A DNA stretch of 63,138 bases, filler included, from Sphacelaria rigidula (GCA_964200075.2; 9 parts of 9 records of this genome joined end to end with filler, not necessarily neighbours in it); one strand, 5' to 3'. Shown: positions 11,760 through 24,465, numbered from the whole stretch's first letter. The notes: generated by a model from the letters alone, not told the origin. Numbers and translations: made by a program.

Positions 11760-12374
11760 GCAGTAGCTCATCCGCATATGTTTTCCCGGAGTGAGCTACA
11801 AGAGCTAGGTGAGGTACGCATGTTTGCCTTGGGTGAGCTACCAAACGTAGCTTATCCGCGCATGTTTACTCTGGGTGAGCTGTGAGAGCTACATGAGCTG
11901 CATATGTTTGCCCTGGGTGAGCTATCAACCCGTAGCCCGTCAGCTCAGATTCGCCCTGAGTGAGCTATGGGATCTGTATGAGTAACGCACATTTGCGATA
12001 GCTGAGCTACCAACCCGTAGCTCATCAGCTCAGATTCGTCCTGGGTGAGCTATGGGATCTGTATGAGCCACGCATGTTTGCGATAGGTGAGCTACCAACC
12101 CGTAGCTCATCAGCTCAGATTCGTCCTGGGTGAGCTATGAGAGCTGCATGAGCTACGCAAGTTTGCCCTGGGTGAGCTACCAACCCGAAGCCCATCAGCT
12201 CATATTCGCCCTGGGTGAGCTATGAGAGCTGCATGAGCTACGCATGTTTGTCCTGGGTGAGCTGCCAACTCGTAACTCATTAGCGCACGTTTACCTTGTG
12301 TTGAGCTATCGGACGTAGCTCACATGCACATGTTTTACTACAAGTGAGCTACCGCCCGCAGGTGAGCTAGCTCA
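11760..12374 (-). repeat. AGCT-rich tandem array with 85-bp higher-order period (43+42-bp subunits), ending in TGAGCTAGCTCA
   Basis: GGGTGAGCTATG subunit starts at 12043, 12128 and 12213; alternates with GGTGAGCTACCAACCCGTAGCTCATCAGCTCAGATTCG. Confidence 0.9.
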
Positions 12375-14699
12375 TGAGCTGTCCTACGTGAGGAAGGTTC
12401 TCAGCTGAATTTTCAGCGTCGCAGCGAGATCAACGGGCGGAAAAAATTGGCACAGAAATGACTGGGAAAGTCAAACGCTTGTGATGTGCCGCTCGCTAAT
12501 GGAAGGCGTGTCCGACGTTTCAACGCATGCCCCCCGGCACGTATGGACACTCCAGCTAGAAGAATGGCACCTTTGGAGGCGGTCATCATCCGACGCCGTA
12601 CAAGATACTGTACGGTGCTCCAAAGATCTTGGTGCGGTTGTGGGCGAGCAGCAACCGTCTGCATGATGGTAATTTTGTTGCATTTGTTTTCATGAACAGT
12701 CAGTCTGAACTGACCCATTCGTCGAAGAACAGAAAATGCTGCTTCAGTGGGTAGCCGATGAACACAGAATACAACACAATCAATCCGTTTCTCGAGAATC
12801 ATAGGCCACGCTATCGGGTGGTGTATCAGGCGCGGTGCATGTCACGATCACGGTATACAGACCCTTGGCATGGGGTGAAATTTACCGTTCATCGTCAACA
12901 GTCGCCGCAGTTTGTCGTTCCGCGCCGAGAAAAATTCCTGGCCCCAAACCGCGTGAATCAGGATGAGTAGGTAAACGCTGGATTCGACCGCTTCCTTTTC
13001 TCGCTGGCCTATTTCTCTTTTGAAAAACACGCGTTCCGCGTCCGTGATTCAAGTAGGGGGGCGGAGCGCTGCTTACACCCTCGACGATATGACATGTTCT
13101 AATGCCATATCGATACTTCATGTCGATAAATGTGAAGGCGTGGCCCTCATGATACACATTACGTGTGCTATCGTTGGGGTTATTGCAGCGAATATGTATA
13201 TTCTCATGTCATCATCGTGGGTCCAATATTTGCAAGGACGAGGTCGCCGAGGAACACAGCAGAAGTGGTGCAACACTGAAGAGTTCAGCAATTTTGGCGT
13301 GCAGCAGCATTTTGCCACGGTTGAGGGAAGGCGACGTACGTCTTATTCACGTCATTAATCTTTTACGAGTGCGTGTGCCGATATCCTTCACGTACGAGGC
13401 CACATGTGCTGCTCGCCCGATCGCGGCCACTACTGTACTGTGCTGTGCTGTGCTGTGCTAAATAGGCAGTTGTTACGCTATGAGGCTTATCCAAGAATAG
13501 TTGCGGCCCTTGGTGTGTGCGCGACAACTGCCTTTCTATGTAGGAGGTGGTGTCTCTCCATACATACAAAAACTGCTCGGAATCTCGTTCAGAAGCCCGG
13601 CCGTTCAGCGTTCAACTAAGAGTCCGGGCGTGGAGGGTTTCCCACTCGTCTGTTGAAAAAGTTTCAACCTTGACATTAGCTTCAGCCCATCTAGTCATCG
13701 CTGATGGTTAATTGCGCCCGAGCCGTTTGTCCTTCACGTGGTTGATGTGTGTAGACGTTGAACTGTCTAGTATGCAGGCTCTACCTCCCTGCGCGAGACA
13801 CGTTCTACGATAGCCCCCCCCCAAAAAATAATGAATGTTTTCGGGAGGCAAAATCTTCACGTAAGTCGAAATGAGGAAAGCCGAGCACAACGAGCAGCTG
13901 GGAATTCCCACGCTTTGGTTCGTTCTCTCCAATGTTGCCAATATGAGGCGCTTCATNNNNNNNNNNNNNNNNNNNNNNNNNNNNNNNNNNNNNNNNNNNN
14001 TTAATTAATTAANNNNNNNNNNNNNNNNNNNNNNNNNNNNNNNNNNNNNNNNNNNNACTGACAGCGCTTGCACGACCGTGCCTCCCGAAGCGAGTACCTC
14101 TCCAGGCGATACCAAGAGAGGTACCGCGCAAAATGACATCATCCAGAGTGTACCCAATACGGATCGATGCTCGTTTGCCGGAGTAGGAGCCACTCAGCAG
14201 GTCATGATGTGGAAGTGAGCGCATCTGCGCGTCTATATATGCATCCACTGACGTCTCACACAGTGTGGGCCGAGGGGACTCCGTTTTGAGGGCATATCGA
14301 TGGCATTTCCCACAATCCGTATTCACTTCGTGCGTCTTGCGCACCACGTAAAAACGTGTCGCCGATCCGGGAATTTGCTGTCTGTGTTGTGGTCTACCTC
14401 TCTGCCAATTTTCAGGCTTGTTCGTTCTGACACGGCGGAGAAATCCACAAGCAAAGTAACGCTTGACTTGTACTGAAAAAACAGTACTAAACCGTCGAAA
14501 GATACACGAGGTGCGTACTCGTATGCTTCTCCCTGTCAACCCTGTCACAAGGACAAACCTGTCAACCCTGTCACAAGGATATCCCTGCGCCAGTACTCGA
14601 CAGGTGTATGCTATGGGTTGCAGAACCACAGGGATTTTGCCACCCCGCTCTGATGGTTTTACACAGTTGACCACAGTGGGGACGTTTACCCCCGTATGT

Positions 14700-15175
14700 G
14701 TGCCTTGTTCAACTCGTCAAAGGCTCACCGCACGGTCTGGTGTTTGCTGCTGACTAAGGCCAAGGTAATGTTCAATTGTTTTCAGCTGCATCGTTCTCAT
14801 GTTCTCGTGACATTGGCGGCATAAGCGGTGTACTCGTGCTCCCAAATGAACGAGAATCCGACGAAGAGAAACACAGGGGGAAAATACCCCGCCAACAATC
14901 ATCCTGCTGCTTGTAGTGTTTCATAAACTTGGGAAGGCCTTTGTTGCCCGGGATCGACACCCCACGAAAAAGAACCAGTGCGGGCGACGTTCGATGGCCA
15001 GAACACGCGCCACAGTTATCAAATGACACCCAAACCTGAACAGTAATGTACCGCTGCACCTCCTTCGTGCACTGCAAAAGAAAGCGCGTGATGAGATGCC
15101 TTGCCGCCAGAGAAAACTCGGCAAAGGTGGTGAAAAAAAAGAAATGATACATGTACATATATATATATATATATC
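14700..15175 (-). repeat. Dispersed repeat; uninterrupted homologue of the host of the LTR element at 51043
   Basis: Reverse complement of 50555-51042 joined to 53973-54008. Confidence 0.8.
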
Positions 15176-17818
15176 GGTAAGGTTGTAGCGTAAGGTTAAC
15201 AGGTGGGTGAATCGGAGAAACGGGAGCTGGTAGACGTCCTCCTGGGCTTTCTGGACACTGAACTATTCTCCACGGACCCGAAGCAGGTTCCGGTCACCAT
15301 CCACGGTGAGCTAGAACTTTCCCTCGCCTACGAGTACTGTAAACTATTCGTAGAAAATCAACGCCAATTGTTTTTGCTGAGATACGCCACGTAGCTCCCC
15401 AAGTGGTAGACCCGAGACCGCCCGCACAACACCGATCAAGGTTCCGTAACAGGTGTCAGTACTGGTCATTCCGCACAATCAGCCAACAAACGAAGGTAAG
15501 CAAAGTGCTCTCCGCAGGGGGGGAAACGCCTAGTTTCTACGCAGGCCTTCAATTGGTGGTCACAGTGGCGAATGATCGTGTTCTCCAGACCCTCACTAAC
15601 GCATCCAATCTGAGCGCCAGCAGGGAGACCCTTTGCGGAAACACGTACAATCGGAACTGAAGGGAAAGCGACTGCCGAAACGGTAGGCGAGAGGCAATCT
15701 GAATACAAAATAGAAGCGATACCTGGGAGTCGATGACAAGAAGCTGCCGGCTGCTCCAAAAAAATGATGGCCGACCTGTTAGTACTCGTTCAATTTTTTC
15801 ATGAAAATGTAGCAGTAGGCGCCTCCCTATCCGCGATGCGTGAACGCTTTCTTCTGTGAACGAGGACGAAAGATGTCAAGTAAGATGTGCTGACATGTAG
15901 TTGCAAGAGGCCCAAGAGATCAAGCAGTCATCAAACGGCCATGAGGTAGGGGCGTGCGGTAGACACATGGGACGAGGTGCAGATCAACTTGCCCACGATT
16001 GAGGTAATGTTGCATTCACATACATACATCTGTCGCGCAGTTGACCTCGCGTCCCGACTTCTATTTGGTTTTCCACGGCCATCGAAACAAGCCACGGGGT
16101 AGTAGTCCGTGCCCCTGCGGGATATGCCTAACTTCCGGTGTCCCTCAAAAGATTCGCTCAACAGATGCGAAGAGTTTAGCGTGGAGGTAGTCACCCATTC
16201 ACGCAGGTGACTGAAAGAGAACATTGCTTTCTGAAGCTTCAGATCTCCCACGCGAACAGGACACCGTCGTGAGACCAGGAGAATGGCTACTGGACATGTT
16301 GTCGGAGCTTTGCAAGTCATAACGTCAGGCGCGGTGAGCACCGCTCAGCGGCTATTTGAATCAAGCGGACATTGCTTGACACGCTGATTCCCTCTCCGAG
16401 TTGCCGTGTCGACGCAAAACCACGCGCACCTCTCAGCTGACTTGCACCTTTTTCACCAGAAGCAGAACCGAGTGTAGGACTGGATGCTTTCGTGGAACAG
16501 CGCAAACAGCACCTGTGCGAGGTAAGACTGGTGATGGATCCGGAGAGTAAAATGTTAATGTCGGGACGGCAACGGCAGGGAACTGCAACACTAGTACACG
16601 GTATCTTGAAATTTAAGAAGGATCGATCACGGTATGTTTGCAGTCTGGAGGTAGTGATGCGAGGGCACAAAATACGTACGCGTAAGATAGTCCGCCAGGT
16701 GTTGAACCGCATCTCGATTACCCGCCTCACCTGAGATATTCAATCGCTGATGGATTCGCCTACTCTAGTTTGCTTGAACACCAGACTTCGAGGCGACGCC
16801 AACCTTTAACCCAAAACCTCACCTCCTCACCCTGATAGACCGTCGCGAGTCTAAATCCAGGAAAGAAATCAGGTTGGGAATGGCGAGGAAAGGCCCAGGA
16901 TGGAGCAGTGTCGGAGTGGCTACCAGGGAGCAAAGTCCTGGAAAGCCTGACGCTTCCACGAGTGGACGGGTTCCACGCCCTTTGTCATCTGCACCACCCA
17001 GCCAAGGCATCAAATATGCCATCCCGCCTGAGCATGTCATGTCCCTCTGTCGCGCAGTGATGTTCTGCACTTGTTCCCCAAAGGTTTTTCATTCTGAGAG
17101 GTTTTTCACGGAGCTGAGCAGAAAGCACAACAAGTGTTCGACGGCGGCAGACGCTTCTGGAAAGTGACAAGACGACCGAGACTACGAGGAATCTTAACGT
17201 AAAGAGCTCCAGCAAGTGGCAGAGACGATCGAGCCTGTCCATTGAGCGAACGGAGCAGAGAAAAACATTAATATTGTACGAAGGAGAGAGTATGAGACTG
17301 TTTTGTGCTGCATTACAGAAACGAGCAGCGTTTTGTATTTTCTTCCTCTTTTTTAGGAATGAGCAGTAGTTCAGTACTGTTTCTTGCTTTTCATTGGAAC
17401 AGCTGTTCAGCTTTTTTTTCTCTCTCTCTTCCGGTCTGTTTTCATTAGTGTTTCCACGTTGATCATGAGCTCGGTTACATATACATATATATATATAAAA
17501 ATATTTATATCTTGTTATCGTTTACGTTTTTATTTCTTCATTTTTTAACGTTTGGTTTTGATTTTTTTGGGACATAGCCTTTCTCGATTTTTTTGCCTCG
17601 TTTTGTGTCGGGTCAGAATTTGCCCCTCGAGCCCTAATTTGTGTGCACTTGTGAGGTGTTGTTTGGTGTGGCCGTGGCGCGCTTCCTCGCAGTGCACCGT
17701 TTTCTAGCGGAGCAAGACAATTGTCACCAGAGATCTTGATGGGTTGAGCAGACGACGTACCCGAGTGGGGCGCTGCATCGCCGTGCTTTTCGTTATTCAT
17801 TCAGACGTCACCCGCTGG

Positions 17819-18054
17819 TGTACAGCTCTATCTGAACCTTCCCTCTCTGAATCTCAGCCCTAAACCCCGACTGTAGAGCTTATGATATAGAGCCGCGGAG
17901 CCGTTCTGGCTCGACTGAGCACTGGCTATAGTACTGGTTCCCGGACCGTTCCTGTGGGTACTTTGTACTGAACCGCACTGGCTCCTACCAGGCTGGTTGA
18001 CTATATGCCCGAGAATCTACGTATGAGATCTATGTCCAACACATAATCTGCACA
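17819..18054 (-). repeat. Probable 3' LTR of Copia (outer end uncertain: 17819 or 17872)
   Basis: Minus strand PPT ATGGGGGAG immediately followed by TGTGCAG at 18054; candidate inverted ends TGTACAG (17819) or TGTAGAG (17872); partner LTR beyond contig end. Confidence 0.55.
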
Positions 18055-20983
18055 CTCCCCCATGATCGTATAGCGGTGACAGCAGAGAGCTGATACGATC
18101 ACACCCAACGTTCTAGATACGAGGCAAACGAAGCTTTCAATTGAATGCCAAAGAAGCCACGTGGTGGACCTGGACCCTCCAGACTCGTCTCGACTTCCGG
18201 CGCCTTTTCCTTTTTGACATCCTTCGTCGAGAACGGTAACTTGCACGTTCGTTGGCTGTGTGCGAGGTTATCCTTGCTGGGCATGCATCCCGCACCCTTA
18301 GATGGTCCCTCCACTGCCCTTGTCGTTTTCTTCACTGCCGGCTGCTCCTTCGCTTCTTGGTCAAGGTCAGAACCCTCCGCGCTCGGCACGAATATATTTT
18401 CGAGCTGCGCTCCCTCTTTTTCGCCCAGCGTCTCCGCTGGTTCGGTGATTCGGACTCGTTCACGATCATCTCCGTTCGAGGAGGCTTGATCCTCCAGTCC
18501 GACCTGCTGCTCGTTTCTTGCGTGTGATGCCTTGGTCTTTGGACCGTCAGAGCCCTCGTCTGCTCTTAGTGTATGAATTACAGGCGCCGTCGGTGGCCCC
18601 CGTGGTCCCAGCGGTTCACCGGCCTCTCGGCTCTGAGGCTCGTTACCCTTCCGTTGGGTTTCCTCTTCCATGACCACTTTCCATCGGTTAGCATCAGGTT
18701 CTGCCAGGGCTTCTTTTGCTGTCGACGCTTCCTGTGGTCCAGTGACGATTCCGCCCCCGAGCATGCAGAATGCGTCTATGTCCTCTTCTTGTAGAACGGG
18801 GGCGAGGAAATTTCCGTCATCGGAACTGCTGCCATCAGGACTCCCAAAACGTTGCTGTGCGTTGTCCCCTCGATGCCGTTGCGCTAGTCGACTGGACCTG
18901 CGCAGTCCACTGTTCGGAGAAGAGCGCTTCGATGATGTCGAGTCCTGAGGTGGCTGTCCACCTGGGCCATCATCGCCGTCGATTGGCGCTGCTTCCCCTT
19001 CTTCCCATGGCTCGTCCTCGCCATCACTGAGTTCGACCGCCTTCAGCTCCCCCACGATGTCTAGGATCTTGGCCTCTGATTCAAACGTGATGTGTGAAGA
19101 CTTGACGAGCTTTGATTCCTGTATCAGCCATACATACCAGCAGAGAGAATGCCGATCGTGCCCCACCAAGATGCCCCGCTTCGCATATGGGTGGAACTTT
19201 GCAGCGGCGCCGCGTTACTGCTTGTGCTGATGCACGAAACACTCCGATCCCCAAGTACGAAGCGGTCGTAGTTGAAAGGCTTTCCTGTCAGTCTCTCACA
19301 TGGGGTCTCGCCCCCAAGGTACTCGTGGGGCACCCCTGCGGTCTTGAATGCCGCGTTCGCCGCAGCGAAGAACCAGTAGTCCTCTCCACGTCCCGCTTTC
19401 ACCAGTTGGCTGCGTGCTATCCTCATCAGTTGTTGAATTGCACGTTCAGCAGTCTCATTACTCTGCGGTGTCCTTGGGGGTGAGTTGCGCCATTTGATGC
19501 CGCGATTGGTCAGCATGCGTTGCAATTTGACTGACCGTCCAAGTTCCCCAGCGCCGTCTCCGCTGATGCATTTGATGACCACTCCTGCACGGGCCATTTC
19601 GTCGATGTAGGCTCCCGTGGCTTCAGTGGCCGCATCTCGTGTCTTGAGTCCAACAACGTGCTTGTCTCGACTGGCCTCGTCCACGAAAACCTGAAAGTAT
19701 TTCATGCCCGTGACATCGACGTGGGAAGGGCCTTCAAGATCAGTGTGCACAACTTCACCTGGTGCTTTGGGACTCCTGCCGCCGCGACCGTAGCTGAGTG
19801 CCTCGGACTTGCGTTCCTTGCAGACGCTGCAGCGCATCTCGGACGCTACCGTGGTATCAGTGATATCGATCAGCCCACGCTTCTCGAGGTGTTTTGTGGC
19901 AGCCGGATCGATGTGTCCTAAGGTGTTGTGCCACTCGTTCAATGTGAGGCGCTGCTTCTTGTTTCCGAACGAAGCGTGCGCCCGATGCCGCATGTTTGCC
20001 ATCCCCCTGCAGCGATGCCGACAGTGTCAGGAATCCTCTATTCTCGGCTAGGGGATCTTAGGTCCATCCTTTCTGAACCGAAGGTAGCTCTCCTTCCTGC
20101 CGGAATCCACGAATTCTCCTCCGTCGCGCCGAATCGTTCCGGTACTCAGCAGCCGGCAAGGTAGCCCAGGGACCCAAAGTACGTCCTTCAGTGTGACCTT
20201 TGCCGGAGCTACCTTTCCCCGAGCACTCACGTGCAATGATATCTCTCCCATTGCCAGTGCCTGCAGTTGTCCCTTGTTCCCAAATGTACAGCTTCGATTG
20301 ACCGTACGTGTTTTTCTGAGATCCTGTTTCCAGGGAGTCATATGGACATTCGCTCCCGAGTCGCAGAGAATCGACACCTCTGTGTCACTGTTGGTCGACG
20401 CGCACATGGATATTACTCGTTCATCTTCGACTACCACGTTCATCGTCATGAATGCCTGCGGTCTGTCCTTCCTCCCATTACTTCTGCCGTTTGGTGGAGG
20501 GAGTGGGAAGGTTCGTTCGGGGGCCATCCCCGGCGGTCGTTTTGCTGGAAGTTTGCCGTCAAGGTAGGGGCGACACTCCCGCCATCTATGATTTCGCTTC
20601 AAACAGTAGGCGCATTGATTTCTATCGAGCCCCGAATCGGTTTTGTTGCCGTCGGTTCTCGATTGGAACGCTACTGCTTCGTCGCGGCGTTCCATGTCAG
20701 ACGCTAGATATATATGCTGATGATGCTGCGACTGCCCGTTTTAGCTCATCGCACGTCATACCTGGCTGGGTTGTTAGCTGGATGAATACTTGTGGAAGCG
20801 CCTCCTTGATCACGAGTAAAACGGCTGCCCTTTTAGTTTCGTCGGCTTTGGCGTTACCCAGCGCTTCGAATTCCCCCCAGATGGTGTCCAGCTTCACCAT
20901 GAAATCTGCTGATTCTTCTGCAGAATTGCATTGGAGATCCCGCAGTCTTCGTTCCAATGCAAGTAGTTGCACAGGCCGCTCGT
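18055..20983 (-). mobile_element. Ty1/Copia element with gag, protease and integrase but no RT
   Basis: Gag helix region (20697..20972); knuckle CAYCLKRNHRWREC; protease ILCDSGANVHM; WHNTLGH..CSVC; IN VHTDLEGP, ISGDGAGE, PQSNETAER; then KEALAEPDANRWKVVMEEE followed by low-complexity sequence and the PPT; several stops/frameshifts. Confidence 0.9.
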
Positions 20984-21087
20984 NNNNNNNNNNNNNNNNN
21001 NNNNNNNNNNNNNNNNNNNNNNNNNNNTTAATTAATTAANNNNNNNNNNNNNNNNNNNNNNNNNNNNNNNNNNNNNNNNNNNNCGGA

Positions 21088-21815
21088 TGACAGCCTACAA
21101 TGAGTTGCTTTATTTTCTGGTATCGCCACTTCCGGAGACAGCCACGGCTTATACACTGTCTCATGGATGTCTCACCATAAGACCGGGGGGGGGGGGGCAG
21201 TTTCCAGACAAATTGCAAATCCCCACAGGAAAGGATCGGGTTTTGTGAGAAGCAAGAATCGTGTCAGTGAGGGCGGGTGTGACAACTGGGGGACAAATAT
21301 GAAGGATGGCACGGGGATAGCGCGTGAAGTTCCAAGGCAGCTTTAGCACACAGCACTTTGAAGAGTAATATGAAGGGAAAGACGACGCCCTGAGAGCGAC
21401 TGATTGTACGACACTAGATCCATGAAACTAATTAAAAAAACTGCTCATAAATCATCCGGTCACAGGCGCGATACACGCAGGCCGGCGGGTCTCCGCACCT
21501 TTATGATATCAGACAAGACGTGTGAAAAAACATCGAATGACACGAGGAGAGGAAACACTGACCGACGGCCTGGCGGCAGACATGCCTACAAAACATGCAG
21601 ACGGTTCAGAAATCATTCTCCCGACAGTCTCCGTTACGTAAAAATAAAACAAAACAAATGTCGGGTGTTTCCAGTACGTGCGTCGGAGCCCATTGGCCAC
21701 TCTCCCACCAAAACATAAGGAGACACCCATGAGCCAGTGTGTAACCCGTGGCTGTCTCTGGCAGTCAGCGGTGATGCCAGAAAATGAAGCAAACTCATTC
21801 GAGAGGCTGTCACTC
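21088..21815. mobile_element. MITE with ~100-bp diverged TIRs
   Basis: 21088-21190 is inverted at ~21700-21815 (TGACAGCCT...ATGAGTT.GC.TTATTTTCTGG...AGACAGCCACGG). Confidence 0.7.
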
Positions 21816-21896
21816 ATATGCAAGATAAGCAATATATTTCGGGCCGAACAATCTTCGCAGGATGCGGCTTAACCTTTATGGGTCTCGTCGAACACA

Positions 21897-22035
21897 TCAC
21901 GGCGTTTCGCGCTTGGAAATTGAGTGCGAGCCTGGTCCGGCGAAACCTCGGCGTGCCCCGTCCCGGCTTCGTAGGGATGCGAGTTTTCAAATGGTCTTTG
22001 TGACTACGGCATGCAAGATCACGAGTACACCTTCA
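21897..22035 (+). mobile_element. Non-LTR retrotransposon 3' end, sister family 2 (diverged)
   Basis: CACGGCGTTTCGCGCTTGG...AATGGTCTTTGTGACTACGGCATGCAAGATCACGAGTAC matches the reverse complement of 56011-56085. Confidence 0.65.
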
Positions 22036-22378
22036 CCAAGAGCTCAGGCGCACACGGAGTAGAGCCCTCTTTCGGCACCGCCAGAACGTCCTACCACACA
22101 TAACACTACACTAGCGGACCGGACCGGACCGGACGCATCTAACCCCGGACAGACGACAACGCTTGTGTGGGCTAGCTCGCAAAATCTTGATCTTACCAAC
22201 AGACAATAGTCCGTACGTTGGTGCTTTGCTTGTGCAAACGACACAAAAAAACAGGTATCGCAGGGGGAAAAAAATGTGTGCCACATGAAAAATAAAAATA
22301 AACGTCACGTCTCGCTGGCTCGTCTATCACCTACATGAAATCGGACTTTAACGCACTTCTGAGTATTGTCCCTTGGAG

Positions 22379-23335
22379 GGGGGGGGGGCGTACTCATTTG
22401 TTGCTTGCCTTAGTCGTTTGACCATTGACCACGCATCCCTTTCGAGACGGAGCACCGTTTCCACTCCTAATAAAGACCCCCTCAACCATTCCGGCGTTCA
22501 TTACGTTTCTTCCGTACATTATACAAGAACCGTTTACATATCTTATCCCCGTCCTGTTTCGCCATCTGTGGCCATCATTTATCTCCTAGTATAGTCGTTT
22601 TCTCGCTACTGTGTAATGCATCAAACGATTTCATGATATCTTCGTTTACGTCCCGCATTTCCCCCTCTAGCGCGTCCCATCCCTCCTTGTATAGTTCACA
22701 TTCTGCCACTATATGACTTCCGCTCTCTCTTCCTTCACCACAGGGGTAGGTCTGTCCATCTACTTCCTCCTTTCGACGACTGGTAAATCTCTTCCTTCTT
22801 TCTTGCAGGTCCAGATGCCCCGCCCGAAATCGCAGTTTTCTTTTTTTTGCCGCGTCCATTCGGCCATGCCAATACGTTTTCATCCCGATCCCTTCTTTCA
22901 ACCCCCCGTATACCTTCAGGTGTTGTTCCTCGTCAACTTTGCGTTTGAGCGCTCCTTTTTCCCTTATTTCTGTCATGTCTTTTACTTTTGTCTTGTACTC
23001 CGCGCCTTCACCTGTGGACAGTATTTCGTCTTACCTCCCTCCTATCTCCTTCCATACTTTCTCGGCTTCCTTTATCCCACCTTATTCCAGTATATGCCAT
23101 TTCGTACTTTTCTTCCATACAGCCCTATCAACCATAGCTGACAATCTCTTTCTCCGCATATTCTTTACGCTACATTGCCACCTCGATTTCTTCGTGTCTC
23201 TGTTCGTTTCAAGTGAGTACATTCCCAACTCTGCTCTGCGTGCTGTATTGCTCGTCGTTTTCGAGCATTCAAGTATCTTCTTAGCTGCTTCCACCTGTAC
23301 TGTTTCCAACTTCTTCGCTAATTTCACGTTCCCCA
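22379..23335 (-). mobile_element. 5'-truncated non-LTR retrotransposon (ORF2 C-terminus, CCHC-like motif, C-rich tail)
   Basis: KLETVQVEAAKKIL.CSKTTSNT.RRAELG...LRFRAGHLDL...PCG...SHIVAECELY; perfect 10-bp TSD TCCCTTGGAG at 22369-22378 and 23336-23345. Confidence 0.9.
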
Positions 23336-24108
23336 TCCCTTGGAGTGGAGGGGGTGGCCGTTTGAACTTGCTCAGATTTGTACCGCGTTGACCTTCACTT
23401 GTCGTGTCTTTGGCGCGTAGCATGCGATATCTTACATAACACCTACACGGCACGTTGCAATGACGGATGTATTGCTTGATCGATTGTCGCACTTCAACTG
23501 ACCCCCGAGGAGTCATGATCCAGCCGTGGTCATTATCCACGAGATAGACGTACCCGAGACAAAGCAAAACTGAAATACTCGCTGAAGAAAAAAAAAAACA
23601 ACATAAGAAAGTAAAATATATATATATATATTGTATATATATAAATGGCTGGCTAGCCTCTGCCACATGGCTTCGGTGGAGAGGGTTTCGTGCATGAGCC
23701 ACACTTATATCCAGTATTATAACTTAATCGCACAACCACGGCGCCCCGATGGTATGAATTAAAATGATGCAACTGAATACCATTTGGTAGGTCGGCAAAA
23801 AGCGGTTCGACCCCGCAGACGCAGTTGTTTGTCTCCTCTCAAACGTGTCTCACAAGTCTCATTTCCGTCCTTGATAACGTGAGGACGTCAGCAGCGATAG
23901 TCGGGCGCGATGCGGGAGTACTAATGGTCATGATTCAATCCTGATATCAAATTGCAAGGCGTATCCCGGGAAAGAGATGGGTTGACCGCATAGAACCAGG
24001 GACCCGTCCCTACTTGAGGGAGGAATTGAATTTGTGACGGGAAGAAAAAAAAAGAGAGAGAATAGGTGATGCACCTATATAGAGATCGATTGTACAGATC
24101 ATGGGAAC

Positions 24109-24462
24109 TGTGTTGTGTTGTTGTGTGTTGTCATCCCGTCTATTCTGGACGCCAGTCTACACCTTTCGGTATTTGTGGGCGCATCAGCCGGGGTCACGCA
24201 GGAGGAAGGCCAACACAGGATTTTTCTTCTTTGAGTACTCTAGCTTCCTTCTGCGGTGCTTGCCTTGTTTTTTATCGCGACAGGGGTTCAGCAGTCCTTC
24301 TCCTTCGTCGACCGTGAAGTCGAACTTCGTGTACCCACGACATGCTCGCTCTCCACTGTTGGGCATGGTATGAGAAAAACTTCCAGATCGCTCCGAGATT
24401 CGAACCCACGACCCCACCGTCAGAGGCTTTTGAGGCTACCAACTGAGCCACCGGGGCGACCG
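24109..24462 (-). mobile_element. Full-length tRNA-derived SINE (~350 bp) with (CAACA)n-like tail
   Basis: A box TGGCTCAGTTGG, B box GGTTCGAATC, body shared with 29742-30057, tail shared with 42163-42235. Confidence 0.9.
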
Positions 24463-24465
24463 TCC

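Noticed and set aside
15200-17250. Possibly decayed coding or transposase region
   Set aside because: Composition looks coding-like, but I could not identify a supportable motif in any frame
24395-24462. Functional tRNA genes (also 6858, 29995, 43747)
   Set aside because: Heads continue into a shared SINE body or lack a closing acceptor stem; copies are diverged
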